A stretch of DNA of 43,263 nucleotides from a virus, in IMG/VR virus record IMGVR_UViG_3300029351_000004, positions 1-43,263 of that record. The stretch is one strand, 5' to 3'. Within the stretch, counting starts at the first letter, position 1; every line of letters starts with the position of its first letter. This document shows, in pieces, positions 31,400-40,037 of the stretch. A model generated the notes under the pieces. That model had not been told where the DNA came from. It saw nothing but the letters and a program-made list of their open reading frames with translations, and did no database searches. The translations under genes and the position numbers were made by a program.

Positions 31400-34300
31400 T
31401 CAGCTCTTCCTCAGCTTTCGTAGTTTCTCTTCTACCAGTGCTTTATTGTACTGGATGATCGTTTTTCCTACCTCAAAATCAGTAAACATGGCCTGTCTCT
31501 GTTTATCCGTCAGTCCCTGGATGGAATATACGGCCTCCATAACGAGCAGTCCTCTGCTGTTCGTAATGGTCTCCCCGTTCTGATCTTTCAGCGATTGGAT
31601 GTCTCGCTGCACCTCATAAGCGTAGAGGTAAGTTTCAATCGGGACTCCGGTTCGTTTGGTGGTGCTGATTGCCCTTTTGATCCATCCATCGGGCTGATAT
31701 TCGGACACATTTGTTTTTCCTATGGCATTAGCATAGTCGTATGCATCCTGTATCAGTCTTACCTTGTCCCCATCGCTCAGGCCTGTATACCATCTTGCGT
31801 TTGTAATCTTACACAGTATCTGATAGGATGTCTGCCCCTTTGCCGTGGCGTATGTCACATATTCCTCCGCCGTCAGCTCCCTGCGCTTACCGTTTACTGT
31901 GAAATATTTGTCGGCACGGGCGGGGAATACGCCACTATCTCCTGTGGCCTCGTAGAGTCTCAGCAGTTCCTCCTCCATTTGGCTCGTCTCAATCTGAGCG
32001 GTATAGGCCGGATTTAAAAAGTTGTCCACCGCCCGTTTGCCCGCACTGCCTGTATCCTCGGTACGCCCCCATGCGTCAATGTAGGGGATCTGCTGATAAT
32101 CCCAGCCGGGCAGCCTCCCGCTGATCCGCCCCAAGGTATACTGGGCGTCCCGGGTCAAAAACGCATTCTTTTCCGTGTAGGTAGTCATCCGCTCCTCCTG
32201 TCCGGTCCGCTCGAATTGACCGAGGAGCGTGGGGACTCCCTGTGTCAGATAGCTTGTGGCAGCGCTGGCCAAGGCGGAAAAGAGGCCGTCCATTCCCTCG
32301 GAGGTGGCGTACCCCACCGCGTCAAACACGTCGTTCAGGCTCTGGAGACAGGACATCTCCAGCAATGGCTCCGTTACATTACCGGTTGCTTTCAAAATGG
32401 CGGACAGGGTAATGGGTTCCCTCTCCCCCTGTGTCTGTTCCCAAAGGTTTACGCCCACGAAGAAGGGCAGCGCTTCCGGTGCCAGCCAGTCCAGCGTCAC
32501 GCTGGTGCCGTCCGGAAGCTCCAGCGCATAGGTCTGATGCCCCTGTAATTCCTCAAACTTTTTCTTCTCTTCGTCTTCACCGCCGGCCCCCCGCACAAGT
32601 GCCTGAGCCGCGCAGTACATCCCAAAAGCGAGCAGCCCCGTACCGGTCATTCCAGCAGAGATGCGGTCGATGGCCTCGGCGCCGCTCAGCTCGCCCTGCT
32701 TCACCTGGTGCAGGTCATAGGTCAGGCCCTTCAAAAGTCCGGCGGGACTGTACTCCAGTCCCCGGGCCAATATGTTGGCCGGCGTCTTGCGGAAGGGCAG
32801 TATTCCTTCCATGGCAGTGCTCACGCCTTTTCCCACCGCGTTTTTCCCACTATAGCGCCCCAGATCGCTGATGGTCTGCGACAGGGCATTGGTGTCCCGG
32901 TAGGTGGCCTTTTGGGCCTCTTTGATCGCATAGGCCCTGGCCTTGTCCATCCCCTTCCCTGTGGCGATCTGCTCCGCCGTGATGTGGTTGGCCTTGCAGT
33001 ACTGGGCCAGCGCATAGGCGTAGTGGGGGTGTGAGAACCAGGCATCCTCCGCATCCAGAGCCCTGCTGTTGGCTCTCCTGACCGCCTCCAGGGACTTGCT
33101 CTTAAAGATGCGCCGCCCCTCCTCGATGTACTGGTTGGCGTTGGCAAAGTCGCTGTATTTGCCTGCCCCCAGGGCGGCCTCCTTCACGTTGGCGTAGTCG
33201 CCCCATGCGGCCGCAAGCAGGTCCCGGTCCGCCCTGCCCAATCCCACCGCCCCTTTTGTCCGGTTCAGTCTCCCGCCGGATACCCGTTCTACCGCAACCT
33301 CAATGGCTGTTGCAGTCATATCCTTGGCTGCGACCACCGGAGCAAAGAAGGCGTTGCCTACAATATTTCTTACGTGTGTCCTGGGGTTTGCCAGCATGGC
33401 CAGATACCGCCAGGCGTTCCACTTGTCCACAAATCGGGAGGGCATCTGTCTGCCGATATCCCGGAACAGCTCCCGGGCAGCCTCGTCCCGCGCTTTCTGG
33501 TCCTCCGCCAGGAGCATCGCCTGTGCAAGATCCGGGTCGATCTTCAGGTCCGGGGCGTCCTTACCATACTCTTTCTTCAGCTCCTCCTGGAGGTTTTGCA
33601 CGCTCCGCTGGACGCCGTAAAGCTGGCCCTCCGGGGACATCTTTTTGAGAATGCGGGTGGCCTGCACCGCCTGGGCGGCGTTTCGTTGATGTCCCACCAT
33701 TTTTGTGAGCACCGTCATAGCTGACTGAATGTCTCCGGCATTGGCCGCCGCGTTGTACAGAGCCCAGCCCATGGCCGTGTTCGCCTTGGACACCTCGCCT
33801 TTCCCCACTGCATCCGACCAGTCCGCCAAGGCGGTGGCGTATCCCTTGTCCTGGATTGCGCTCTCCGCCTCCGCGATGGCCCTTTTATCTGAGTGGACCT
33901 CATAGGAAAATTCTCCTCGAGCGACCAATTCCTTGATGCTGGGAACCGTTTCCTCTGGAGTGGCTTTTGCCTCCAGTACAGTCCGTGCAGTCAGGGAGAC
34001 CTTTTGGTCCTTTTCTGTCATTTGTGGCACCTGAATGTGGCGTGCCGGCCGCTCTCCCTGTTTTATCTCACCGTATTCTCCAATCATCCCCCGGTATGTC
34101 TCATCCACGATCTGTGCAATTTCCTCTTTGACCTGTGCATCGCTCATTCCCTCACGTTCTGCACGGTCGGAGAGTGCCTGCACCGCCGCGTACATCTCTC
34201 GTGAGCCCATCAGGGAGTGACGGATATCCGGGTCTGTGGTATCAAAGGTCCCGGCGTTATCCTCCGCAGCTTTAATCTGCTCCGGCTCAAACACGACAAA

Positions 34301-37300
34301 TACATCGGACATTTCCCGGAACTTTTTGCTTCCAAAGGTGTCATACACATTTTTGAACACCACGCCGTCCTTTCCGGTTTGGGCCGCTTCCTGAATGATT
34401 CTCGTATATCTTTCCGAATTGCCCTGATAGGCATCCCCCTTAAAGTCCACAACAACAGGATTTTTCATGGATAAGAATACCTTCATCAAAACACCGGAAA
34501 TTCCGCTGGCCCGGTAGTTCTTTACTGCTTTTTCATATTTCTCCCTCACCTTCTTAAACAGATCGTCAGCCTCCGGAACCACTCCCAGTAGTTCTTCCAT
34601 GCGGTCAAACTCATCTCTCAGTTTCAATATTTCATAGGGAAAGGTATTCTCGGCATATCCACTCGCTACCTTTGCGCTGCTGGAGAAAAAGAATCCCATC
34701 CGCGCATCTTCTGTCTTTGTAAAGGCTCCTCGTTTTTTCTTGTCAAAGATATGTATCTCTTCCGCCGTCCCGTGGTATACAGCTCTGGGGCTTCCATCTT
34801 CCTGGTAGAGCTCGGGGGTGTTGCCATCATAAAATCGCTTGAAGTAAGGGCTCTGTGTCCCCATCTCTCTCCACAGTTGTGCCGCCTCGGCCCGCTCCTC
34901 AGCTGTGAATGCTCCTGCATGTTCCGCCCCTTCTACGGAGTACTCCTCCCCGTCCAAGGCCATCAGAGAATATTTGGTGTTGCTATTTTGGCCGCTGGAG
35001 GGTGTACTGGAAGTAGGACCGTAGGTGGTTGGAGAGAACGGCAATCGGAGCGTATTATCGCGCAGCCACTGATCGGTTCTTTTTTTAACATCCTGACCGG
35101 TCCGGACCAGTGCCGCCTCCAGTGCCTGGGCCATACTGTCCAGGTTTTTCTCCAGATCACGAAGGCCCGCTCTTTCCTCTTGCGTCAGGGGAGGCTGTTC
35201 TCTGCCCCTCTGATGATCCAGTGCGGCGCGCACCTTCTCCAGCAGCTCATGCACCGCGTCCATCAGCCTCTCTGCCGCCGTACGGTGCTCCATGACGAAC
35301 TGCTCCAGCATGGCGCTGTCACCCAGAACTTGCCCAAAGGCATCCGCAACCAGTTCTTCGGTCAGATAGTCTATGTTTTGCGTATCATGTAGCTTGCCCA
35401 ATGCCCCCAGAGCGATGTCTGCAGTTTGCGCGTTCAAGTTTTTCTGCACAAACTGCGCCAGTTCCGAATAGCTCTCCGGTGATACCTCTCGCATCCGATG
35501 GATAATTTCGTGGGTAAATGCTGTGCGCACCGGGTCCTGGGCATCCAGGGCAATGGTGATCCGCCCTCCATTTGGACCGGATTCGTATTTAGCGTTGGCA
35601 CGCGCGCCGGTTTGGGTGTCCACAATCTCCTCTGCAAACCGCACCTCTACCCCCGCAGTCTTTCCCATTGTATCCAGCACCCGAGCGGTTTTTGCGCTCA
35701 TATTTGCTTGGCGGTATCTTTGATCTCTCACCAATCCTGCCTTTCTCCCAAAGTATTTCGCCTGCTGGGCCCGGAGCGCATCGTTTTTCCCCGCAGCTTC
35801 AGCCGCCAGAGTCAGATGTGCTGGGAGCGTTTCCTCCCGTGTGGACTTCTTCCCGTCCAGCGCTCTGTTATAGATCCTGGCGAAGCCCGCAAACGCATCC
35901 TGCAGGCTTATTCTTTCCGCAGTCTCTGCGTCGTAGGCCGCCAAAAAAGCCCGGGAACCGCTTTCTCCCAGAGTAGCGGCGGCCCGCTGCACCAGCCTGT
36001 CGGGATAGATTTGCTGTTTTTCCCCGAATACCGCCGGTCCCGCCTGGACAGACTGGGTATTGCCACCAGCGGAGGAATCTGCTATAATGGGGGTAGAAGA
36101 TGGTGCAGTATCCGTGCTATGTACGCTGGTCGCGTGACGGCCAGCCGTGGATGCTGCGCCATCGTTCTTTTTTATGACCTCTATCGCCTCTGGGGTGAAA
36201 TGGTACAGGCGGTTCCCGCCTCCTGCCTTTTGGTCCTCCACGCGGACACGCATATCAACCAGATACGGGCTTCCGTCAATATATACCGTAGTCATAAGGT
36301 GGTCGTATCCCGCGATTTGCGCCCGCCCGCGCCGGTCGCCTTCGCTGCTGAAATACACGCCATTTTGAGCAATACGCTCCAGTTGTCCCAAAACCGCAAT
36401 GCTCTCCAGTGGGACCACCCGGTCAGAATAGCTGCCGGCAGACAGCATCTTTTTCAACGAGGGTTTTGTGATTTTAATCACATAAGCATCCCCGTTTCTG
36501 GTTACGTTGCTGGCTTCGATGTATGCCGCCGGATTCTTGTCAAGTCCGAGGCGCGCTTCCGTTTGTTCCAGCGCAGTCTTTCGGATATAGTTTCCGGCCT
36601 TGGGCATGGTTCCGCCGTTCATATCCGCCACTGTCTGCATAGACAGATTAATGATGGGCACGGTGGGCAGCTCTACATTTTCGGGTCTCGCCGCCCGATA
36701 CGTTCCCGTCTCCCCCGTGGAGGCGGTTTTTTGCGTCTGTTGAGCCGCAGGGGCATACAAAGCCGTGGTCTGCGAGTTTGCCGCCTCTGGGGCCTCCTGC
36801 GCGGGCCGGGCCGGATTCGCGGCGAGGTCCCTTCCGGCGGTCACGTTGTACACCCCGCCGGGTACATTCAGCATACCGAATGTCAGCAGTGAGGCGAGTC
36901 CTGTATCCTTCAGCCGGTCAGCCACCTCTCCCGCGCCATATTGCCACTCCCCCGTTTCCATCCTGCTGGCGGCTTGGGCTCCGGCGATGGTCACGCCCTC
37001 CTGCGCCATTTCCTGAAGCGTCTCGTTTCCTACGTCCGTGCCGCGCTCTATCAGCTCCCGTGCAATCCTGCGCGCCAGCCCCTGCGTGGCAGTGTTCCCT
37101 TTGAGGACTTGGAAGGATTTTACCAGCTCGTCCGCCTGCACATATTCCAACATGGCGTTGCCCACACCCACCGCCGTGGCGACCTTGGATGCGGTGTCCG
37201 GAGATATCCCGTTCTCGATCATCTCATTGTAGGCAAATCCCGCCTCGATTTCATAGTTTGAAACGGCGCTGCCCGCTTGCAGCCCCATCATTGCCGCCCC

Positions 37301-38137
37301 CGGGACCGTGACAAGCTCCTCCGGGGCCAATGCCTGCGGCCCTGCCTGGCCCGCTGCCGCAGCCATGCCCGCATACCCCGTCGCCAGCGCGACAGAGCGT
37401 GGATCCGTCCACTGGCGGAGCTGCTGTCCGAGTTGTCCTGCCGCCCCGGACACGGCCTCCTCCAGCCAGCCGTCCGGCAAGAAACGATACTCCTCGCCCG
37501 CCAGCTTCTCCGCGTATTTCCGGGCCTCATTCTCTTTGCCCGTCATCGCTTTATAGCTCTCCTGGCCATATACAGAGTTATAGTATCCCTGAGAAAAGCT
37601 GCCCAACGTCAGGTCCTTCAGGGACGCATCCCGATATCCGGCGTTCAGCAGAGCCTGCCGTTCGGATTCCTCCGCCGCCTTTTGCTCCTCCCTGAGCGGA
37701 TCCATCTGCTGATAAAGCGCGACAAGCTCCGTATTGAGCCTGCCCAGCTCTTCCCGGCTCCGCCCGGCTTTCCCCTTCTGTGTGAGCTCGCCGATCCTGC
37801 GGTTGAGATCATCCGCACGGCCCTGTAGAGTCCCCATATCATACTGGATATCTGCCGCGCTTCTGGCTGTAGCGGTGCTTTCCCTCTCATCTCCCTGCAC
37901 CGCACGCACCGGGCGCTCCTCCTGCGTGAGCCCCAGCCTCCTGGTCGCCGCAGTGCTGCGCCTTCTCGCAAAATAGGAATCGGTAAAGGCGTCCGTACCC
38001 GCTCCGACTGCCGCCATTTTGGCCGGCGCGGCGCTTTGTGTCTGGCTCAATTTCGCCTTAGGCGCACTTTTGTTCTGGGCGTCGTTCTCCTTTTTTCTGC
38101 GTGAGAGATAGGCCGCGGTAAAGTTGTCAGAAGCCAA
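31400..38137 (-). CDS. Giant multi-domain ('polyvalent'-type) virion/ejection protein (2245 aa) with an HExxH metallopeptidase-like motif and an ADP-ribosyltransferase-like module
   Basis: Uninterrupted 6.7-kb ORF. HEIIH is encoded at 35498-35512. VYHGT...GFFFSSS...VVFEPEQ lies at about 34253-34855. A possible nuclease/toxin-like module covers residues ~488-655. The C-terminal ~850 aa are helical. Confidence 0.8.
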   Translation of the reverse strand: MASDNFTAAYLSRRKKENDAQNKSAPKAKLSQTQSAAPAKMAAVGAGTDAFTDSYFARRRSTAATRRLGLTQEERPVRAVQGDERESTATARSAADIQYDMGTLQGRADDLNRRIGELTQKGKAGRSREELGRLNTELVALYQQMDPLREEQKAAEESERQALLNAGYRDASLKDLTLGSFSQGYYNSVYGQESYKAMTGKENEARKYAEKLAGEEYRFLPDGWLEEAVSGAAGQLGQQLRQWTDPRSVALATGYAGMAAAAGQAGPQALAPEELVTVPGAAMMGLQAGSAVSNYEIEAGFAYNEMIENGISPDTASKVATAVGVGNAMLEYVQADELVKSFQVLKGNTATQGLARRIARELIERGTDVGNETLQEMAQEGVTIAGAQAASRMETGEWQYGAGEVADRLKDTGLASLLTFGMLNVPGGVYNVTAGRDLAANPARPAQEAPEAANSQTTALYAPAAQQTQKTASTGETGTYRAARPENVELPTVPIINLSMQTVADMNGGTMPKAGNYIRKTALEQTEARLGLDKNPAAYIEASNVTRNGDAYVIKITKPSLKKMLSAGSYSDRVVPLESIAVLGQLERIAQNGVYFSSEGDRRGRAQIAGYDHLMTTVYIDGSPYLVDMRVRVEDQKAGGGNRLYHFTPEAIEVIKKNDGAASTAGRHATSVHSTDTAPSSTPIIADSSAGGNTQSVQAGPAVFGEKQQIYPDRLVQRAAATLGESGSRAFLAAYDAETAERISLQDAFAGFARIYNRALDGKKSTREETLPAHLTLAAEAAGKNDALRAQQAKYFGRKAGLVRDQRYRQANMSAKTARVLDTMGKTAGVEVRFAEEIVDTQTGARANAKYESGPNGGRITIALDAQDPVRTAFTHEIIHRMREVSPESYSELAQFVQKNLNAQTADIALGALGKLHDTQNIDYLTEELVADAFGQVLGDSAMLEQFVMEHRTAAERLMDAVHELLEKVRAALDHQRGREQPPLTQEERAGLRDLEKNLDSMAQALEAALVRTGQDVKKRTDQWLRDNTLRLPFSPTTYGPTSSTPSSGQNSNTKYSLMALDGEEYSVEGAEHAGAFTAEERAEAAQLWREMGTQSPYFKRFYDGNTPELYQEDGSPRAVYHGTAEEIHIFDKKKRGAFTKTEDARMGFFFSSSAKVASGYAENTFPYEILKLRDEFDRMEELLGVVPEADDLFKKVREKYEKAVKNYRASGISGVLMKVFLSMKNPVVVDFKGDAYQGNSERYTRIIQEAAQTGKDGVVFKNVYDTFGSKKFREMSDVFVVFEPEQIKAAEDNAGTFDTTDPDIRHSLMGSREMYAAVQALSDRAEREGMSDAQVKEEIAQIVDETYRGMIGEYGEIKQGERPARHIQVPQMTEKDQKVSLTARTVLEAKATPEETVPSIKELVARGEFSYEVHSDKRAIAEAESAIQDKGYATALADWSDAVGKGEVSKANTAMGWALYNAAANAGDIQSAMTVLTKMVGHQRNAAQAVQATRILKKMSPEGQLYGVQRSVQNLQEELKKEYGKDAPDLKIDPDLAQAMLLAEDQKARDEAARELFRDIGRQMPSRFVDKWNAWRYLAMLANPRTHVRNIVGNAFFAPVVAAKDMTATAIEVAVERVSGGRLNRTKGAVGLGRADRDLLAAAWGDYANVKEAALGAGKYSDFANANQYIEEGRRIFKSKSLEAVRRANSRALDAEDAWFSHPHYAYALAQYCKANHITAEQIATGKGMDKARAYAIKEAQKATYRDTNALSQTISDLGRYSGKNAVGKGVSTAMEGILPFRKTPANILARGLEYSPAGLLKGLTYDLHQVKQGELSGAEAIDRISAGMTGTGLLAFGMYCAAQALVRGAGGEDEEKKKFEELQGHQTYALELPDGTSVTLDWLAPEALPFFVGVNLWEQTQGEREPITLSAILKATGNVTEPLLEMSCLQSLNDVFDAVGYATSEGMDGLFSALASAATSYLTQGVPTLLGQFERTGQEERMTTYTEKNAFLTRDAQYTLGRISGRLPGWDYQQIPYIDAWGRTEDTGSAGKRAVDNFLNPAYTAQIETSQMEEELLRLYEATGDSGVFPARADKYFTVNGKRRELTAEEYVTYATAKGQTSYQILCKITNARWYTGLSDGDKVRLIQDAYDYANAIGKTNVSEYQPDGWIKRAISTTKRTGVPIETYLYAYEVQRDIQSLKDQNGETITNSRGLLVMEAVYSIQGLTDKQRQAMFTDFEVGKTIIQYNKALVEEKLRKLRKS

Positions 38138-39536
38138 GAGCAGTCCCTCCGATCATGCCCGTTCTGTTTCGCGTCTTCCGGAATTTGATCTTCCCGTTCT
38201 CTTCGTAGCTCTCGATTTCCCCGGCATCCTCCAGGTCGGCCAGCCGGTCGGCGCTGATCGCGCCGTATCCGAGCGCAAGCACAGAGTCCATATCCACTAC
38301 AGCAGCATTTTCATTCTCCGCCGTGCCTGCTCCGTAGAACTGCTCATAAGCGCCCTCTCCCATATAGTAGTCATAGGCGTAACGGACCGCGTCCGTCACC
38401 GCGCCGTTCTCTATGGCCTTCTCTGCCTGCGCCAGCGTCATGCTCGGCTTGTCCTTCCCGCCGGTACTGTTCCCGCCGCTGCCGCTGCTGCTCCCCCCGG
38501 AACGCCGGGCCAGCATCTCAGCAGCCATCTCCCGGTCGTAGGCGCTTTTGAGGCTTGCAATCTCCTCGTCTGTGTAGCCCAGGGCCTTATACCCGGAGAA
38601 GTTCCCTCCCGCCGCCAGCGTCTGGCCCTTGGCAAGGGCCTGGTCGTACGCCGTCTCGTTTGCGTAGCGCTCCTTCTCCCACGCCGTGTCCGACCGGCTG
38701 TCGGCGTACTCCCGGTCATACCGCTGGTCGCTGCGCTGATCCCGCCCCACCTGGTAGTTCCACTCCTGGGCGTATCTCTGATCGGCCACCTGGTCCCGGT
38801 TCAGCCCGTAGGCGAAGCTCCGGTCCGTATTGTACTGGCCCAGCCGGTCCTGATACCGCCCATAGTCGCCGCTCTCCATGCCTTGCAGCATCGCCAGGTC
38901 AGAGCGCAGCCGGTCCCCCTCGTCCATATACATGGAATAGGCAAGCTGGTAGAGCTCCGGGATCTTGTCTGCGAGCTGGGCCATGTAGTAGTTGTTGGCC
39001 TGCGCCGCCGCGGTCGTGGCGTAGGAGCTGGCGAGGCCCCCTGTCCGGGCCGATACCTCCCCCAGCGCGTCCTGCATGGCCCGCTGCCCCTCCCGCGTGT
39101 ACTGCTCCTTGTACTGGTCGTACAGTGGGTCTGTCTCCGGGTCGTAGGAGAATGCCTCCCGGTTCAGAATGGCCGACGTCAGCTCGTCAATCTGGTTCTG
39201 ATACCTGCTGGTATAAGACGGCGCGCTCTCGTAGGAGAACGCCGCCTGCTTTGTTCCGCTGCCGGTGGGCAGGTACTGGGACCCGTCCGCCCCGCCGGAA
39301 TAGCCGTACTTGCTCCGGATGCTCTCCGCCTGCTGGTGGGCCGCGTCCATCCCCTCCTGATCCCCCGCCTTGTTTGCGCTCTGCCAGGACGACTGCGCCG
39401 CCTCCAGCGCCGCCTGGCTCAGCTCGTCCATGCCGGAGAGGCCTGCATAGTTGTTCCCGCTGCTGTCCAGCGCATGGTATTTGCCCCCGGAGGCAGATTC
39501 TTCCTCTTTTCGTTTCCAATTGGTAGGATACGCCAT
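38127..39536 (-). CDS. Internal virion/ejection protein candidate (469 aa)
   Basis: Track ORF overlapping the giant gene by 11 nt. It is rich in Q/Y/D/R. The call rests on position. Confidence 0.55.
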   Translation of the reverse strand: MAYPTNWKRKEEESASGGKYHALDSSGNNYAGLSGMDELSQAALEAAQSSWQSANKAGDQEGMDAAHQQAESIRSKYGYSGGADGSQYLPTGSGTKQAAFSYESAPSYTSRYQNQIDELTSAILNREAFSYDPETDPLYDQYKEQYTREGQRAMQDALGEVSARTGGLASSYATTAAAQANNYYMAQLADKIPELYQLAYSMYMDEGDRLRSDLAMLQGMESGDYGRYQDRLGQYNTDRSFAYGLNRDQVADQRYAQEWNYQVGRDQRSDQRYDREYADSRSDTAWEKERYANETAYDQALAKGQTLAAGGNFSGYKALGYTDEEIASLKSAYDREMAAEMLARRSGGSSSGSGGNSTGGKDKPSMTLAQAEKAIENGAVTDAVRYAYDYYMGEGAYEQFYGAGTAENENAAVVDMDSVLALGYGAISADRLADLEDAGEIESYEENGKIKFRKTRNRTGMIGGTALGF

Positions 39537-39552
39537 CTTTGACCCCTCTTTC

Positions 39553-39885
39553 TTATGCCCGCTCCAGGTCCCTCACCTGGTCCTCCAGGTCTTCGATCCC
39601 GCTTTCCGTCGTGCTCACTCTTTTTGTCAGCGCCGCCATAGCTGTCTCCATCGTGCTCACGCGTTCCGTCAGGGCCGCCAGCGCCTGCCGTTCCACTTCC
39701 AATGCAGTGGATAGGGCCTCCAGAGATGCCTGCTGGGCCGCCCCGTCCTCCCCCCTGGCCTCCAGCCCGGCGGACAACTGCCCCAGCTGATAATCTGTGG
39801 TCTCCTGGAGGTAGTTCAGGAAGGCCGCCAGCTCACTGGATACGCCCCGCTCCGCCGCGCCCAGGCGCTTGGTGTAAACGTTCAT
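39553..39885 (-). CDS. Coiled-coil protein (110 aa), tail needle/plug candidate by position
   Basis: Heptad-like ALEVERQALAALTERVSTMETAMAALTKRVSTTESGIEDLEDQVRDLE. Confidence 0.5.
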   Translation of the reverse strand: MNVYTKRLGAAERGVSSELAAFLNYLQETTDYQLGQLSAGLEARGEDGAAQQASLEALSTALEVERQALAALTERVSTMETAMAALTKRVSTTESGIEDLEDQVRDLERA

Positions 39886-39959
39886 CTGCCTTTCCCCCTC
39901 GTCGTCGCAAAGTCTGCTCTGCTCATCCCGACCTTACGGTCAGGCTTCGCCGCGCTCCC

Positions 39960-40010
39960 TTGCTCCTCCTCTCCGGGGCAAACCCATTTCTCTGGGCTTT
40001 GCCCCGGTTT
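39960..40010 (-). repeat. Late-operon intergenic hairpin element, copy 4 of 6
   Basis: Plus strand reads TTGCTCCTCCTCTCCGGGGCAAACCCA-TTTCTC-TGGGCTTTGCCCCGGTTT. Confidence 0.65.
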
Positions 40011-40037
40011 CCATGCCGTCTTATTCTCCCTATGCGC

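Noticed and set aside
31400-38137. The 2245-aa ORF as a tape-measure protein of a long-tailed phage.
   Set aside because: No tail tube, sheath, or chaperone pair with a slippery site was found. The ORF carries enzyme-like motifs (HExxH, ART-like triad). Its neighbours follow a P22-like adaptor/hub/plug order.
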